Under the pieces are notes generated by a model. It saw only the letters and a program-made list of their open reading frames with translations. It was not told where the DNA came from and did not search any database. This document shows positions 51,373 through 64,000 of a DNA stretch of 64,000 nt, in pieces. Numbering within the stretch: the stretch's first letter is position 1; each line of letters opens with the position of its first letter. Source of the stretch: Trichoplax adhaerens (Eukaryota; Animalia; Placozoa); assembly GCF_000150275.1 (NCBI RefSeq), contig NW_002060977.1:67235-131234 (forward strand), read 5' to 3'. The position numbers and the translations under genes were made by a program.

Positions 51373-54300
51373 AATTTTGTTTTAACTTATAAACTATATA
51401 AAATTGATCAATATTGTACAGTACTATGTCACCAGTTAGACAAATTAAGTTGGTTGAAGTAAAAGTTTTCCGGCTAATGACGGCCCGATGTTGCTATACA
51501 AAGCAAGAAAGGAAAAAATAACAATAATGTTCGTTAATGCTCATCCATCAAAGTATATCTACAGTGCTAGAGTACTCAATTTATGCAACAGAAATAATTA
51601 ATCGTCCAATTTTATACGTGATGCAATACAGTCCATTGGGGCCAACAGCGTAAAGAAAATCTTACCGTTTGGTGATTAAGGAAGCAAAAAAAATCTCTAT
51701 GTTACAGAACAATGGGCAAAATTATCGGATGAAGTTATTCACTTGGAACGAACAGAAGTCGATTTGGCTATTGTACCGTCTGCTATATAACTTCTAGTAT
51801 TATATCGCCGGATATTTTTGTTTTCTTATAAGTTATCGATCTACTGTTACTATATTACTTACAACAGATAGAGGCAGTAAGATACAATGAAACTCGTCTT
51901 ACTAATCGAATCTTTTATCGGCAAGTTAAAAAAAATGGTAACATATATATATATTTGTTATGCCATATAATTCACAGTAATCTATACTCTACTAAAGTAG
52001 CAATCGACGATTCCACTGAACTGAAGATAAAAAATTGTTTGTAATTCTCTTTCAACTAGCAGATCGTCGAAAAAGTTTTACTGTTGTAATATTGTAAGGT
52101 TTGGTCCTTAATATACAGTATCCTATTGTAGCTCTTTCTATCCTACCTATAGTACTGGAATCTTTAGAATAGACAATAAGTAGTCCAACGTCTCTATCTT
52201 CTATTACATGCACAGCATAAGCAGTAACAATATTGATCAGTAAACTGACTATTTCCAAGGCTACCTGAAACACAAGTTAACACTCCAAAATAATGTATTT
52301 TCCAGAATTGTCTCCAACGGGGGCGATTCAATTACAACATAGCAAACTCAGCAGCAATCATACGCGTATATAGAATACTTGACGATAAGTTTATGCTGTT
52401 GTTCTTTCCATCACCATAACAAAACATTAAAGATTTCTGTCAAATTAGATGAATTCATTTACCCAAATATACAGTTGATTGAACTACAGAAATTGACGAC
52501 AGAAAGTCTAATAAAGAAATGAAATGTATGGAATGACGTGCAATTTTCTATTCTTTGAGGATATTTTTAGCTTACTCTACTTTTGTTTGTTGAACACATA
52601 GATTGTATGGGTACAGACGTACAGTACAGTATGTAACGTCTTGGAATACGTAATCAAGTTACTTATAGTACCGACTTACAGTAAGTCTGTGAAATGAAAG
52701 TTATTGTACTGTACAGTACAGTAGAGTGTACTGTAGAGTGATATTAGCTTAACTTTCCGTCCAAAGCACTGTACTGAATACGGTAAAGAAAAGTAAATAA
52801 ATAAATAATAAAAATAAAATTACAACCATTACTGCATACTGTAAAGCGAAGACAAGATTGCTGCAAGGACTTTTAAAAAATAACGACAGAAAGACCCTTT
52901 TAGAAATCCCAGATTGCTTTGATCAGTTTCAACGATACGTTCTCATGCCTGCTAGTCTATATCGATCGATATGTCCTCGACAAATACAGAACCACATATG
53001 AGTGTGCAGTAAATTATATGTTTTATACTACTAAATGCAGTCAACTACAGTGCTGTTTAGGGTATTACTTAATGATTTAGCTTAATATAGTATTTCATAA
53101 TATAATAATCCACTTAGCGGGGAATCCATTTTTTTTTCTAGCAGTTCCAGCTATGTACAGTAATAACTGTATTCTCAACTTATCGTCATTAAAGGAAAAT
53201 TTCACTACTGTGCAATATATTGTTGGTCTGAAAATTTCATTTATCAACACAGCATTGAAAAGCATATTATAATCATAGCAAATTGTTCGTGTATAATACA
53301 ATACTGCACAATAAATCATCCTATGGCAGTTGTATGGTATTCTGACAGCATTCTTCTCTTTGCTTTATTTTGTCATGTATAATTACTGCCAATTTTTTAG
53401 TTTGTAATAACGGTAATAACTAATCAATTAATTATTACTGTAGTATGTACAGTATACGTGTACTAGTGTACTGTCGAAATTATTAATCGCAATTGCAATT
53501 TATCAGCTCAAGCGTAGAAATATGGTATACAGTATACAGTATACTGTACACTGTACGGTATAGTGCTGTATAATAGCAAGCCATGACGCACTCCTAACAT
53601 AGAAAAAAGATTCACGGTGAAAATTCTAAAGCTGCGCGATCCGATAGTGCTATTACTGTAGAAAGCCTTACATAATACTAATCAAAAAATATCTATCGTC
53701 ATCGGTTAAAAGAAAAAAAATTGAAGGATTCTGTAAAGTTATAAGAGTATTCGGAAAATCGAACGGTATCCAAAGACTACATGTAGATTTTTTCCAACGG
53801 TAAAAGTTGATATATCGTTTACATTAGATAAATAAAAAAAATTGAGATCATCGAAGAGTTTGCATGTCCAGGAATTATACTGCCGTAGTCATACTTATAG
53901 TTAGAAATATTCAATTGAGGATCCCACAAAAATTGGGCACTTGAGACTTAATAACTAAAACAGCACCATAACATTTTTGTTTACCATACCGTAGATGTTA
54001 TCGAAAGCTAATACACAAGCAACTTTGTAAGCGCGAGCATACTAAATTACTGTGATAGTATAATTATGCAACAAATACAACTAAAATAAAATAAAATTTT
54101 AGTTTCGTTAACAATTAAATGTAAATTGGACAATCCGCTTTCCCCTCATCGTACAGAATTGTAATACTAGATTTGATCGAGAAAACAATTAATGCTTAAC
54201 GTCCTGCAATTGCGTTTATCGATAAAATATGCTGGTCCATCGGTGAAATCTAAGGCAAAGTTATTATTTCAAAAGTATACAGTATCAGTATTGTACTTGA

Positions 54301-55639
54301 AACAGATCACCGGATCATGACAGTTATTAGCATTCATTACCGCTTCACTGCAGCTGCCCACCGTAATACATTGTTGTAATTCTCAGACTCGGAGACGAAG
54401 TGGCGAACAGAAAACGAAAGTGTCTGACGGCAATGGATCCAAAACTGATCATTTAAGGAGCAATAATTGTAACTTGCGAACATACAGTACAGTCTCCTGT
54501 GTTCTCATATAGTACTGTCTTTACTGTAGTGCAATTCGCTCAACTGTACAGTATATTAGCATATTCGTGTAACTACAGTAAACACAACAACAAAACATAA
54601 CAGGGACAAATCATGCAATTATCTTCCACTCCTTCAGAGTCTCCAATGTATCACCAAGTCAAAATTGAAATTTTACACAATTGTAGGGAAATCCTTGCTG
54701 CTAAACTTTTCATTTCTAGGATATTTACTATACGCTACCAGTATGAACAGTAAATAAATACACGGTGTAAGCTATAAAAATTTTCTTAATAGATCTTTTT
54801 ATATCTAATTTCGCCCATCCAAATTATTGCAATAATTCAACACGGCAAAGGTATTGTTCGTTTATTTTCTAATATTACTGTACAAATCTTTATCGGACGA
54901 AAATATTTAGTCATGTCTTCTTGAATAACTTAAAAGACTATGTGTAAAGGTCTATACAATTTAATAAGCGCAGTCTGTAAATTATCTGATATATACTTGT
55001 AATTTCGACTAACAGCACCCCAAACTGGTTGGTCCCAAAGTATTCATCACGTAAGATAAAATAAAGGAACTTCACAAGAATGGAAAAAAATTATATGTGT
55101 ACTTGAATTCTTTACACGAGACTTTATTGCACATATTGTAATTACTGCAATTGGAAGATGAGGCAAATCGCAAGCATACAGTTCAAATGTAAATACGTTT
55201 TTGTAAATGATAGCGTATGTTGTATGCCGAATAATTTGATCACTCCTAACCTACAGTTGGCAACGTTTTCGAGTGGATACAATAAAAGTACTAAATGCCT
55301 TATAAAGTAGCATCATAAATCAACTGGAGTAGTACTTCATTATCAATTCATCTCGAGGCGAAGTGCAATTTTTTTGCTATTAAAGGAGTAAAACAAACTC
55401 ACCTGTCAATCCGAATTTCTAATGGCTTAGCTGAATATACACGTTTTGAGAAAATATTGCCCAAATCAGTCTATTATCCTCCATTTAAGGTCCATTAGCC
55501 CAATTAATGATTACACGTTTTTTGGCTTTTCGGGATAAAATTGCTTGAGTAGTATTTGATCACTTTGCTGTCCTGTAAACTGAAACTTCCTCATACAGTA
55601 CGCCTGCGGTAAGTTTTACTGTCAATGGATGCTAACAGA

Positions 55640-56490
55640 TTTTCACTGTACTGCCATACAGTACATTATACTGTACAGTACAGCGTGGCAGAGGTAGAGT
55701 TTCATCAAAGTACAGTATTTTTTAAAGAAAAATATGGCCCGAAAGTGACAAAATGTTATGAAACAGCCTGTACAGTACAGTACAGTACTGTACAGGACTG
55801 TACAGTCAATTCATTAATGTTGAGTTTACTGTTCAGTGTTACAATCATTAGCATAAAACATACTGTACAGTACTGTACTATAGAACCATACAGATATTTT
55901 TCATGTTGTACTGTACAATGTACTGTACATTGTTACAATCATTAGCATAAAGCATACTATACAGTATAGTAGAATCATACAGATATTTTCGTCGCCTATA
56001 CAGTACAGTATGGTACTGTAATGTGAGTTTCGTGCAACGTCGGTAAAATGGAGTGAAATGAATAGAAATTTCCGATTTACTGTACTTAGTACTGTAGGTT
56101 ACAGTATACTGTAGTGTATGTACTGTACTGTACAGTGTACTGTACAGGGTAGGTGGCTACAACTTAGAGAAGTACTGTACTGTATGTCCACAAAAACTAG
56201 ATGAACATTGAACAGCTCTAGTACTGCACAGTATACAGTAGGCCAAAAAAAAATCGGAACCCGATTTTTCCTACGCAACCATATCAAATCCTTTCTGGAC
56301 TTTCCATCCTCCTTGTACGTACACTGTACTCAGTGTACTGTTCTATGTGCAGCATAGTACCTTTAAACCTTCTCTATTCTATTTTAGATTTTCAATGGAC
56401 ATTAATTCGTAGCCTTTTTTATTTTTAAGGTTTTACCTGGCTTTGCATACGGTTTTATACTTTACATTTTCAACATGTACTGTACAGTAC
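55640..56490. promoter_or_regulatory. Long (TACAG/CTGTA)n-rich region, probable RNF19 promoter in the divergent interval with MRTO4
   Basis: Pentamer runs with a local duplication (tgttacaatcattagcataaa.catact at about 55837 and 55931), upstream of a minus-strand splice donor at about 55401. Confidence 0.55.
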
Positions 56491-57731
56491 TTACATTCAT
56501 TGCAGGAAAAATACGATTGGATATGGGTTTGAATGGCCTCATATACTGTAGCTTAATAACAGTTGACAAAGACAGGAGTGTCGATAATTATTTTGTTACG
56601 ATAAGGTCAGCATTCGTCGTAGGGATGGATGATTGCGGTCATTCATTCCATCGACATCAATTGCACTTACAGCATTATACATATTGTACGTCTAGGTAAT
56701 AAAAAAATAATACCTATACAGTATTTAAATACCTCTACAGGCTGAATCAAGAACCAATTGTACTGTACTAGTCCCTTAAATAGAATATAAGCGCAACCCG
56801 AACCCGATAAAACCCAATCAAATTGTTGATTTTGTAACTCGAAATGAGTGCAATCGCGATACAAATACTGTATCAGCACAGAAATTGTTAACCCGAACCC
56901 CGCCCTCGAGTCGGGTTTCGGGTTGACTTTTATTACGAATCTACCATGAACTTAATATAGAGGTCTTCCTGGTCTGGTCAAGAAGACCTGGACTGAGCAG
57001 TGACCACTCTCATGCCGAAAAATGACTTAGTATGAATCTTCCGGGTCTGTTCCCTACATCACTGTTACTAATTTAAATAATATTTACGATCTTATAGAAC
57101 TGTTTCCAAGCAGAACTTTATAACAGATAATAAGATTCAATGCAATACGAATTACTTAATTTACACTTAGAAAAAATGAATCAATTCCAAAGCCTAGCAA
57201 AGCGCTGCACAGAACACTAGTGAACAGCACAGTATTTGACACGAAAAAGCCCGAAAATATCTGTCCGTCCAAGAGCGATGAGTCCAGGTCAACTTCTAGC
57301 ACTGTAGTCTATAGTGGTTTTTAATAGGTAAGGACATCAATATCGCACGCCTAGGAAAGGTCTTACTGAGTAAAGTGTGCGTAAAGACAAGATTGACTTG
57401 ATAACGACTGACAGCTCATTTTGCATATGTGGATTATGCGCAAATCAAATATCCAGACCCTTTCCTGATCTACAGTACTCTAGACTGCACAAGTGCACGT
57501 CATACAGTGCGTACACGATGCATGCACATCAGCACATGGAGTTTTATCGAAGTTACACTACTGTATACAACAGCAGTTATTACTGTATTGTACAGCGTAC
57601 ACTGTACTGTAGTAAATGCATTACTGCAAGCATGCGAAGGCGATCGTTGATTGATCTCAATTATTACTGTATGTATATTGCGAGGTCATTTAGTACTTGT
57701 AATACTGTCCTAGAAATAGAAATAGTAAATA

Positions 57732-60576
57732 ATGCCGAAGTCTAAAAGGAATAAAATTGGTAAGTATGGAGTAAATTGACCTCAACTCTGTACTATAGTC
57801 GAATAACGCGAGTTGATAGTGTGACAATGAATGTTGTTCGCGTATACATATTGCAGAATTTTGAATGCAATGCTACTGCAGATCGTGCATGATACTCGTC
57901 TTGCAGGCCAATCCTTTCCAATGGAGAGGTGACTGCTTGCAAGTACTGCAAACACTCTTCGATAGGAATTTACCCAAAGTATGACCATTACCAATTGATT
58001 TTTACATTCTGATTTATTTTTACAAAATGCAGTTTCCTTAACTAAAACCAAAGGAAAGAATTTTGATCATAAGAAAGATTTAATAGAGCAGGTTTGTACA
58101 ATCATTACTTATAAGTATAAAATGAGATTGATGCTGAAATTATAATTGCTCATTTTAATGCAAGTTATTACAATTGAAAGTACTTTAGAACACTACTTAT
58201 CCTGGTGCTACCTTCTTTTAATCTTACTCAACTCACTACAGTTTCATAATCGGATTTGTGCAATCCTATAGTTGGCTACCCACTGTCTGTTTTGAGAGTA
58301 GTTGATCGTATCTGTGCATTACTCTATTTCGTACATGTACGCATATAACACTATTTATCCTGGTACTACCTTCTTTTAATCTTACTCAACTCACTACAGT
58401 TTCATAATCGGATTTGTGCAATCCTATAGTTGGCTACCCACTGTCTGTTTTGAGAGTAGTTGATCGTATCTGTGCATTACTCTATTTCGTACATGTATGC
58501 ATATAACACTATTTATCCTGCAACTACCTCCTTTTTATCTTACTCAACTTACTGCAACTTCGTAACCTGATTTATGCAATGCTGTAGTTGGCTACATCTG
58601 CCTAGTTTCAGAGTAGTTGATCGTATCGGTGCCTTACTCTATTTCATACTTGTACGTGTATAACACTATTGATCATGGTGTTTTCTCCTTTTTATCTTAT
58701 TCAACTTACTGCAATTTCGTTATCTGATTGATGCAATGCTGTAGTCGGCTACCACTGCCTATAATGAGAGCAGTTGATCGTATCTGTACTTTTTCGTATT
58801 GTACATTGTACGTCTTGCAGTTTCGAGATTTGAAGCTAACTAATACAACGTTATGCGTGAATTCGTGAGTTGGATAACTAACTTACGAATTACGACATAA
58901 TACTGTAGAATAGAAAAGTTTGAACATTATTGCAGCATACAGTACTGTATAATAACATACTAGACGATAATTAAGAATATATTAGATAAACATAAAATTG
59001 TAAAACATGTACTGCATATTTTCATAAATCCATTTTTTGCCTACGGTAATGTGATTTAGGATGCTTTGGATATTATTATCTACGAAAGATAACTATACGT
59101 TCTTACCATTACCTTAAATCTATTTCAGATCCGAACGTGCGCGGATAATTATCAGCATGCCTTTGTCTTCTCTGTAGAAAATATGAGAAATAACAAGTTG
59201 AAAGAAGTTCGGAACTTATGGAAGGACAGCAGGTATGGTGCAATGTAAAAAGGTTTATTAAATTGTTAATAACTCTACTCATTATGAGACAGAATTAATA
59301 TAGACTGTACTACTTTCTATGATCTAGCTATTTTACACCATGTTAATACGCTTGCTTATATGAGCTACTTTTGATACTGCTCAGTGTGCTTAGTTCGATA
59401 GCTCTCAATTATGTATATGATCTTTGCTTTTAATTAAATTGTTCGATACTGTTGAACAGATTTTTCTTAGGCAAGAATAATATTGCACAAATAGCCTTGG
59501 GACGAAGCGTACAAGACGAATACAAGGACGGCCTTCATCATATAGCCAAGGTAAGTCGAAATAGCAACGAAATAGCTATACGAAATAGGTAATAATTTTA
59601 GAGACAGTTACGTACGTATTTGTAACGGTTAACAACTAATTTCTTCGTGCCATTAATTTGCAGAAATTAAAAGGAAATGTGGGATTACTATTTACTAACT
59701 GCAACAAAGACGAAGCTATTCAGTAAGATGATCCCGCTTACTAGTTCAAAGCGGTCATCGAGTCATTGACTTAGCGATCGATATTATTTCTTATAGATGG
59801 TTCAGTAAATTCGCTGAAAATGACTATGCCAGAGCTGGATTTGAGGCAACACTGGATGTAGAATTGCCCGAAGGCAAGTCAAAAATTGTATCGACTAATA
59901 ATAGCGTATGATGTTAAAGCAAAATATCATTAAATTTTACAAAAATCTGATCTTAGTCTTATTTTAATGGCATGACGACAGGTCCCATTGATCAGTTTCC
60001 TCATTCTATGGAACCGTACCTACGCCAGCTGGGAATGCCAACATGTTTAAAAAAAGGTCATCTTGTGGACAGTAATTAGTGCTTATGAACTAACTTCGCC
60101 AGATTAATTTTCCTATCTCTTTAGAAATCGACATAATAACAGCTATCAATTAGCTATCATTTTTTCATGGAGTTCATATGAGAACTTTATCGATTGCGTA
60201 ACTATGATTGTTCTTCATTAACTAGGCATAGTAACCTTATCCACTAATTATACTGTATGTAAAGTAGGAGATAAGTTAACACCGGAACAAGCCAAAGTAT
60301 TGGTAGGAATAATAAGACAACGTTAAAATAATTTATCCGCTCTACGTCTTTATGATAGATGTAGCTGAGATGTAAAATAAATGTAATCATTATTACATAT
60401 AGATAAGGAATATATGTACATATGATAAATATTATGCATTTACAAGGAGATTCTAACATAAAGCGGTAACCGCTTGTTCGTTTGTTTGCTAGAAATTATT
60501 CAATATTCCTTTGGCTACGTTCAGAGTACAGCTACTATCGATATGGTCTGCCGACGGTTTATTTGAAGATTTATAA
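57732..60576 (+). CDS. MRTO4: mRNA turnover protein 4 / ribosome assembly factor MRT4
   Basis: MPKSKRNKI|[85 protein letters not shown]; stop TAA at 60574-60576. Confidence 0.95.
58189..58813. repeat. Four-copy tandem repeat (157-158 bp unit) in MRTO4 intron 2
   Basis: aacact unit starts at 58189, 58347, 58505 and 58662; copies 1-2 are nearly identical, copies 3-4 are diverged. Confidence 0.95.
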
Positions 60577-61650
60577 AATTTTTTCTCAGTAAACATATTT
60601 TTTATCTTTTACTTGAATCGACACTAAAAGTACAAGATTAATTTTGTGCTTACGAAATTAATAATAAAAAGACAAAATGCATATTTACTATTTGTAAGCT
60701 TGCAATTCATTCAGTCAAATATGAAACTTTAGCTCTGAAGGATTACAAAGATTGCACGTCGAGAATATATTTAGTTTCAATAAATTGTTCTCCAACGCAT
60801 GGGTAAACATTATGATTTATACTAGTTATCCCTTTGCCAGCCTACATCACTTATGTCGAAATTATATACATACCATACGCAAAGTGATATTTCCGGAATT
60901 GAGTTCGAATTGGATTCCACATTTCACATTACTTTGCAGTTACTAGCTTTCATTGAAAGTAATGATAACGTAAAATTTGAATTAAATTTATTGAGTTATC
61001 ATCGAAAATCTTTTTGTTATATCTGCTAAGGTGTAAAATTTATTAGTCAGTCATCGTCATGGTATTATTACATCAAAAATATTTAGTAATGATTCACCAG
61101 TGTTTTTATCTTCGAAAATATGGCACTCTGCTAATCTTGTGCAGGATCATGCATCAATCAATTATTAATTCTAACTTAGGTAACTACTGTTTCTATCTAT
61201 ATCTTACTTCTCTAGTTTCAGCAATACGTAATCCTAGTAACTAGGGTGTGGTTATCAATCAGGAAATGAAGAGTGATCGACTTTTGTTCATCACTTGACT
61301 CCAACCCTCACCATATGTTGTCCAAAATGAATAATAATAAGGGATATCTTCCAGTTTAAATCAATTCGATTTTAATTTTAATATACAATATATAATTAAA
61401 GAGATACAGTTTAACTGCAGTATTGTTGTGTATTACTTCGGTACTTTGTATTAAAATTTGGGGAAATCATCTTGCCTAACACTGTAATGTAACCTTGACG
61501 GAAGACTTGATATCGCCTTTTTCCCTTTAAAATTCCGACAAGTCGATATTAAAATTTGATTCTAACCAATCAATCTTTAATTAATTGATACATTAATATT
61601 ACAAATTGTAAGTATTGCGGATTTTATATCATTATTACGTGTATCTGAAT

Positions 61651-63496
61651 ATGTTTACTGGCCATCAACTAGTTATCTGTTTGCTGATTGCCTTCCAATT
61701 TCAAGCGACTATCGGAAATATCAATTGCGATTATCAATTCATAAGAAATTCATGCTCATCCTCATCAATAGCATGTAGTCTAGCCAAGCCTACTTGGCGT
61801 AACGCACCTGTAAATCATCTGGTTGTATGGTCCATTTCCAGTAATGATTCTATCTGTCAAACGCCAAATGCGTGCTGGCAAACTAATATACAAAACTGTA
61901 GTTATCCAGAAATACAAATTAAACCGTTAGAAATTCAAGATGGCGATAGTGTAAGCTTACAAATTCTGGAAGTGGACAATAGTTCAATCGTAATGAATAT
62001 TACTAATGTGACTTATTATGACTTTAAACGATGCTCGGAAAGTTATGGCTTGAATCGATCTGATAACATACTTTCGGGTAATGGCAGCATCGAAATTGAT
62101 AGTCAAATGCTCAGGCCAGGAATACATTATTTTGTATCGTTACTGACCGAGAACATTTATTATTGTGGCTTTGGCTATCGTCAAATTATTATAAGTCGTT
62201 CTAACGATTGTAGAGCACCAGGTAGTCCAGGTAATGTAAAACAGTGTAATGGCCATGGCAGTTGTAATGTAACTAGCGCAGATAATTTTTTAATCCGATG
62301 TCAATGTGATAAAGACGCAATCGGTCGTTACTGTCAAGAATATAATGCTTGCTATGTAAATCCTTGCTCAAACAATGCTAGCTGTCATGACATCCAAGGT
62401 GACTTTAATAGCTATGATTATAACTGCTCATGTCAAGAAGGTTATACTGGTAAAAACTGCTCAGATATCATTGATTATTGCCAATCAAACCCTTGTCAAA
62501 ATAATAATCCTTGTGAACCCGCATTTAATGGCTACAGTTGTCGGTGTTCAATCGCTTATTATGGAACATATTGTGAACTGTATCAAGATTTATGCGTCGT
62601 ACTGAATAATCCATGTAGTGATAAAGTTGGCTATCAGTGCGTTAGCAATCAAGGCTCTTACAAATGTATACGAGGTAAAAGAGTTTTTTTCACATACAAT
62701 TTATCGGTATAATGCTTTTATTTTGTTTAAGATCTCCAGACTTCAAAAATTTGTTCTTTTCAATCAATCCTTACTATACAGTGCATTAATCTCGATTATA
62801 GGCATAATAAATTATATTTTAGTTAATCGATATCAATAGCTTAAAATCATGATTACTGCGAAATCCAAGTCCTAAAAGAAATAACGATAGAATTGGCAAT
62901 GATTTATCAATCTATGAATTAGAAAATAGATCTAGTTTAGTCCACATTGGAATTTGGTTTATTTAATTATGAAGCAATAGCTTCTTAGGCGTTCGTTTTG
63001 AGTGAATCATACTTTAATTTTAAAATAGAACATAAGGGGATAAAAGAAATAATGATATAATTGATTTGGAAATAGTGAATCAAATGATTAGAAAGATAAA
63101 CGTAGTTTTGTTCCGCATTTAAACTTTGACTTCTTTAATTGTTCGGTAAAATCTTTCTTAGAAGATTATTTGTATCCATAAACATTTCAACAATATCAAT
63201 CTGGCCTATCTCTCTATATATATATATAACAAGACAAATAATCAGTATTCTTATAGTATTTTATTAAGCTTAATTTTATTTTAATTAAAGATACATTCAA
63301 CTATCACGCCTAAATACAATCGCATTTTAATTATTATCTTCCTGTCACTGTATCTTATCTTAAAAATGCTTAAGAAAACCGCCTTGATGCTCACTCATCG
63401 TAATATTTTCTTTCTCTATTACTAATTAATTTAGTTGCCGTTCCAGTATCCGTACAATTTTATCAAGTTCACCCGTCATGTTCATTTTATCGCAAT
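61651..63496 (+). CDS. Secreted/membrane EGF-repeat protein with an EYS-like N-terminal region; 3' end not resolved
   Basis: Exon 61651-62674 encodes a signal peptide (MFTGHQLVICLLIAFQFQATIG), a cupredoxin/ephrin-like segment (NVTYYDFKRC...LRPGIHYFVS...CGFG) and 4 EGF-like repeats; probable next exon 63435-63496. Confidence 0.8.
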
Positions 63497-64000
63497 GTAA
63501 GTCGGAAATTCTATCCAAGTAGAAATAATACTGGATAAACTGAACTGTTTAAAAATGTTACCATGTTTATAAAAAAAAACTCAGAAACTATTAATCGTAA
63601 TCCTAACCATCGCAATAACAGAGTTTCGATCCTTATTTACTATATTTACTTTGCTCGTTTTCTTTCTCGTAGTTGTAATAGTAGCTGCTTTCTAAGATAC
63701 ATTATTTTATAGCCTAAATCATTGAACAAATATTTTAATTGTTACGTTTTCTTTTAGCTATTTAGAAAATTCGTTATTACATCAGGATACGTCTCAATAC
63801 AATTTTTGCCCTTTCATAGCGGCCTAAGTTTAAAGCCATTAGCTTTTTTCCTTAAAAGCATATTTAGGAATCGCAAAATTAGAAGGCCCATTTCGCTAGA
63901 GTTAAATTACATAACACCTTAAAAATAGTTTAAAATGTAGCAATAAATTGCTCGTCATGATTTTTAATAACTAATCCTTGTTAATGCTGATTAAAAGAAT

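Noticed and set aside
58189-58813. CRISPR-like array
   Set aside because: Whole units repeat with no unique spacers, the context is a eukaryotic intron, and there are no cas genes.
63758-63922. Possible further exon of the EGF gene
   Set aside because: There is an open frame after an AG, but no recognisable motif or clear donor, so it cannot be supported.

Overview
Eukaryotic, AT-rich, intron-dense animal genomic DNA. The short introns, the gene set and the LRR-GPCR type suggest an early-branching metazoan, probably a placozoan such as Trichoplax; this is an inference and was not verified. Gene order: (1) the 3' part of a giant LRR-containing GPCR (+), with at least 40 single-LRR, same-phase micro-exons and one intronless 7TM exon; (2) MSH6 (+); (3) GARS (-), with dual mitochondrial/cytosolic starts and an AT-AC U12 intron; (4) SDR16C/RDH10-like gene A (+); (5) RPL7 (+); (6) SDR16C/RDH10-like gene B (+); (7) RNF19-like RBR E3 ligase (-); (8) MRTO4 (+); (9) the 5' part of a secreted EGF protein whose N-terminus resembles EYS (+). 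The clearest non-coding signal is a family of self-complementary (TACAG)/(CTGTA) pentamer arrays. They lie upstream of MSH6, GARS, both SDR genes, RPL7, RNF19 and MRTO4, and are missing upstream of the EYS-like gene and from the GPCR body. Exon coordinates were read by eye from splice signals and translation.
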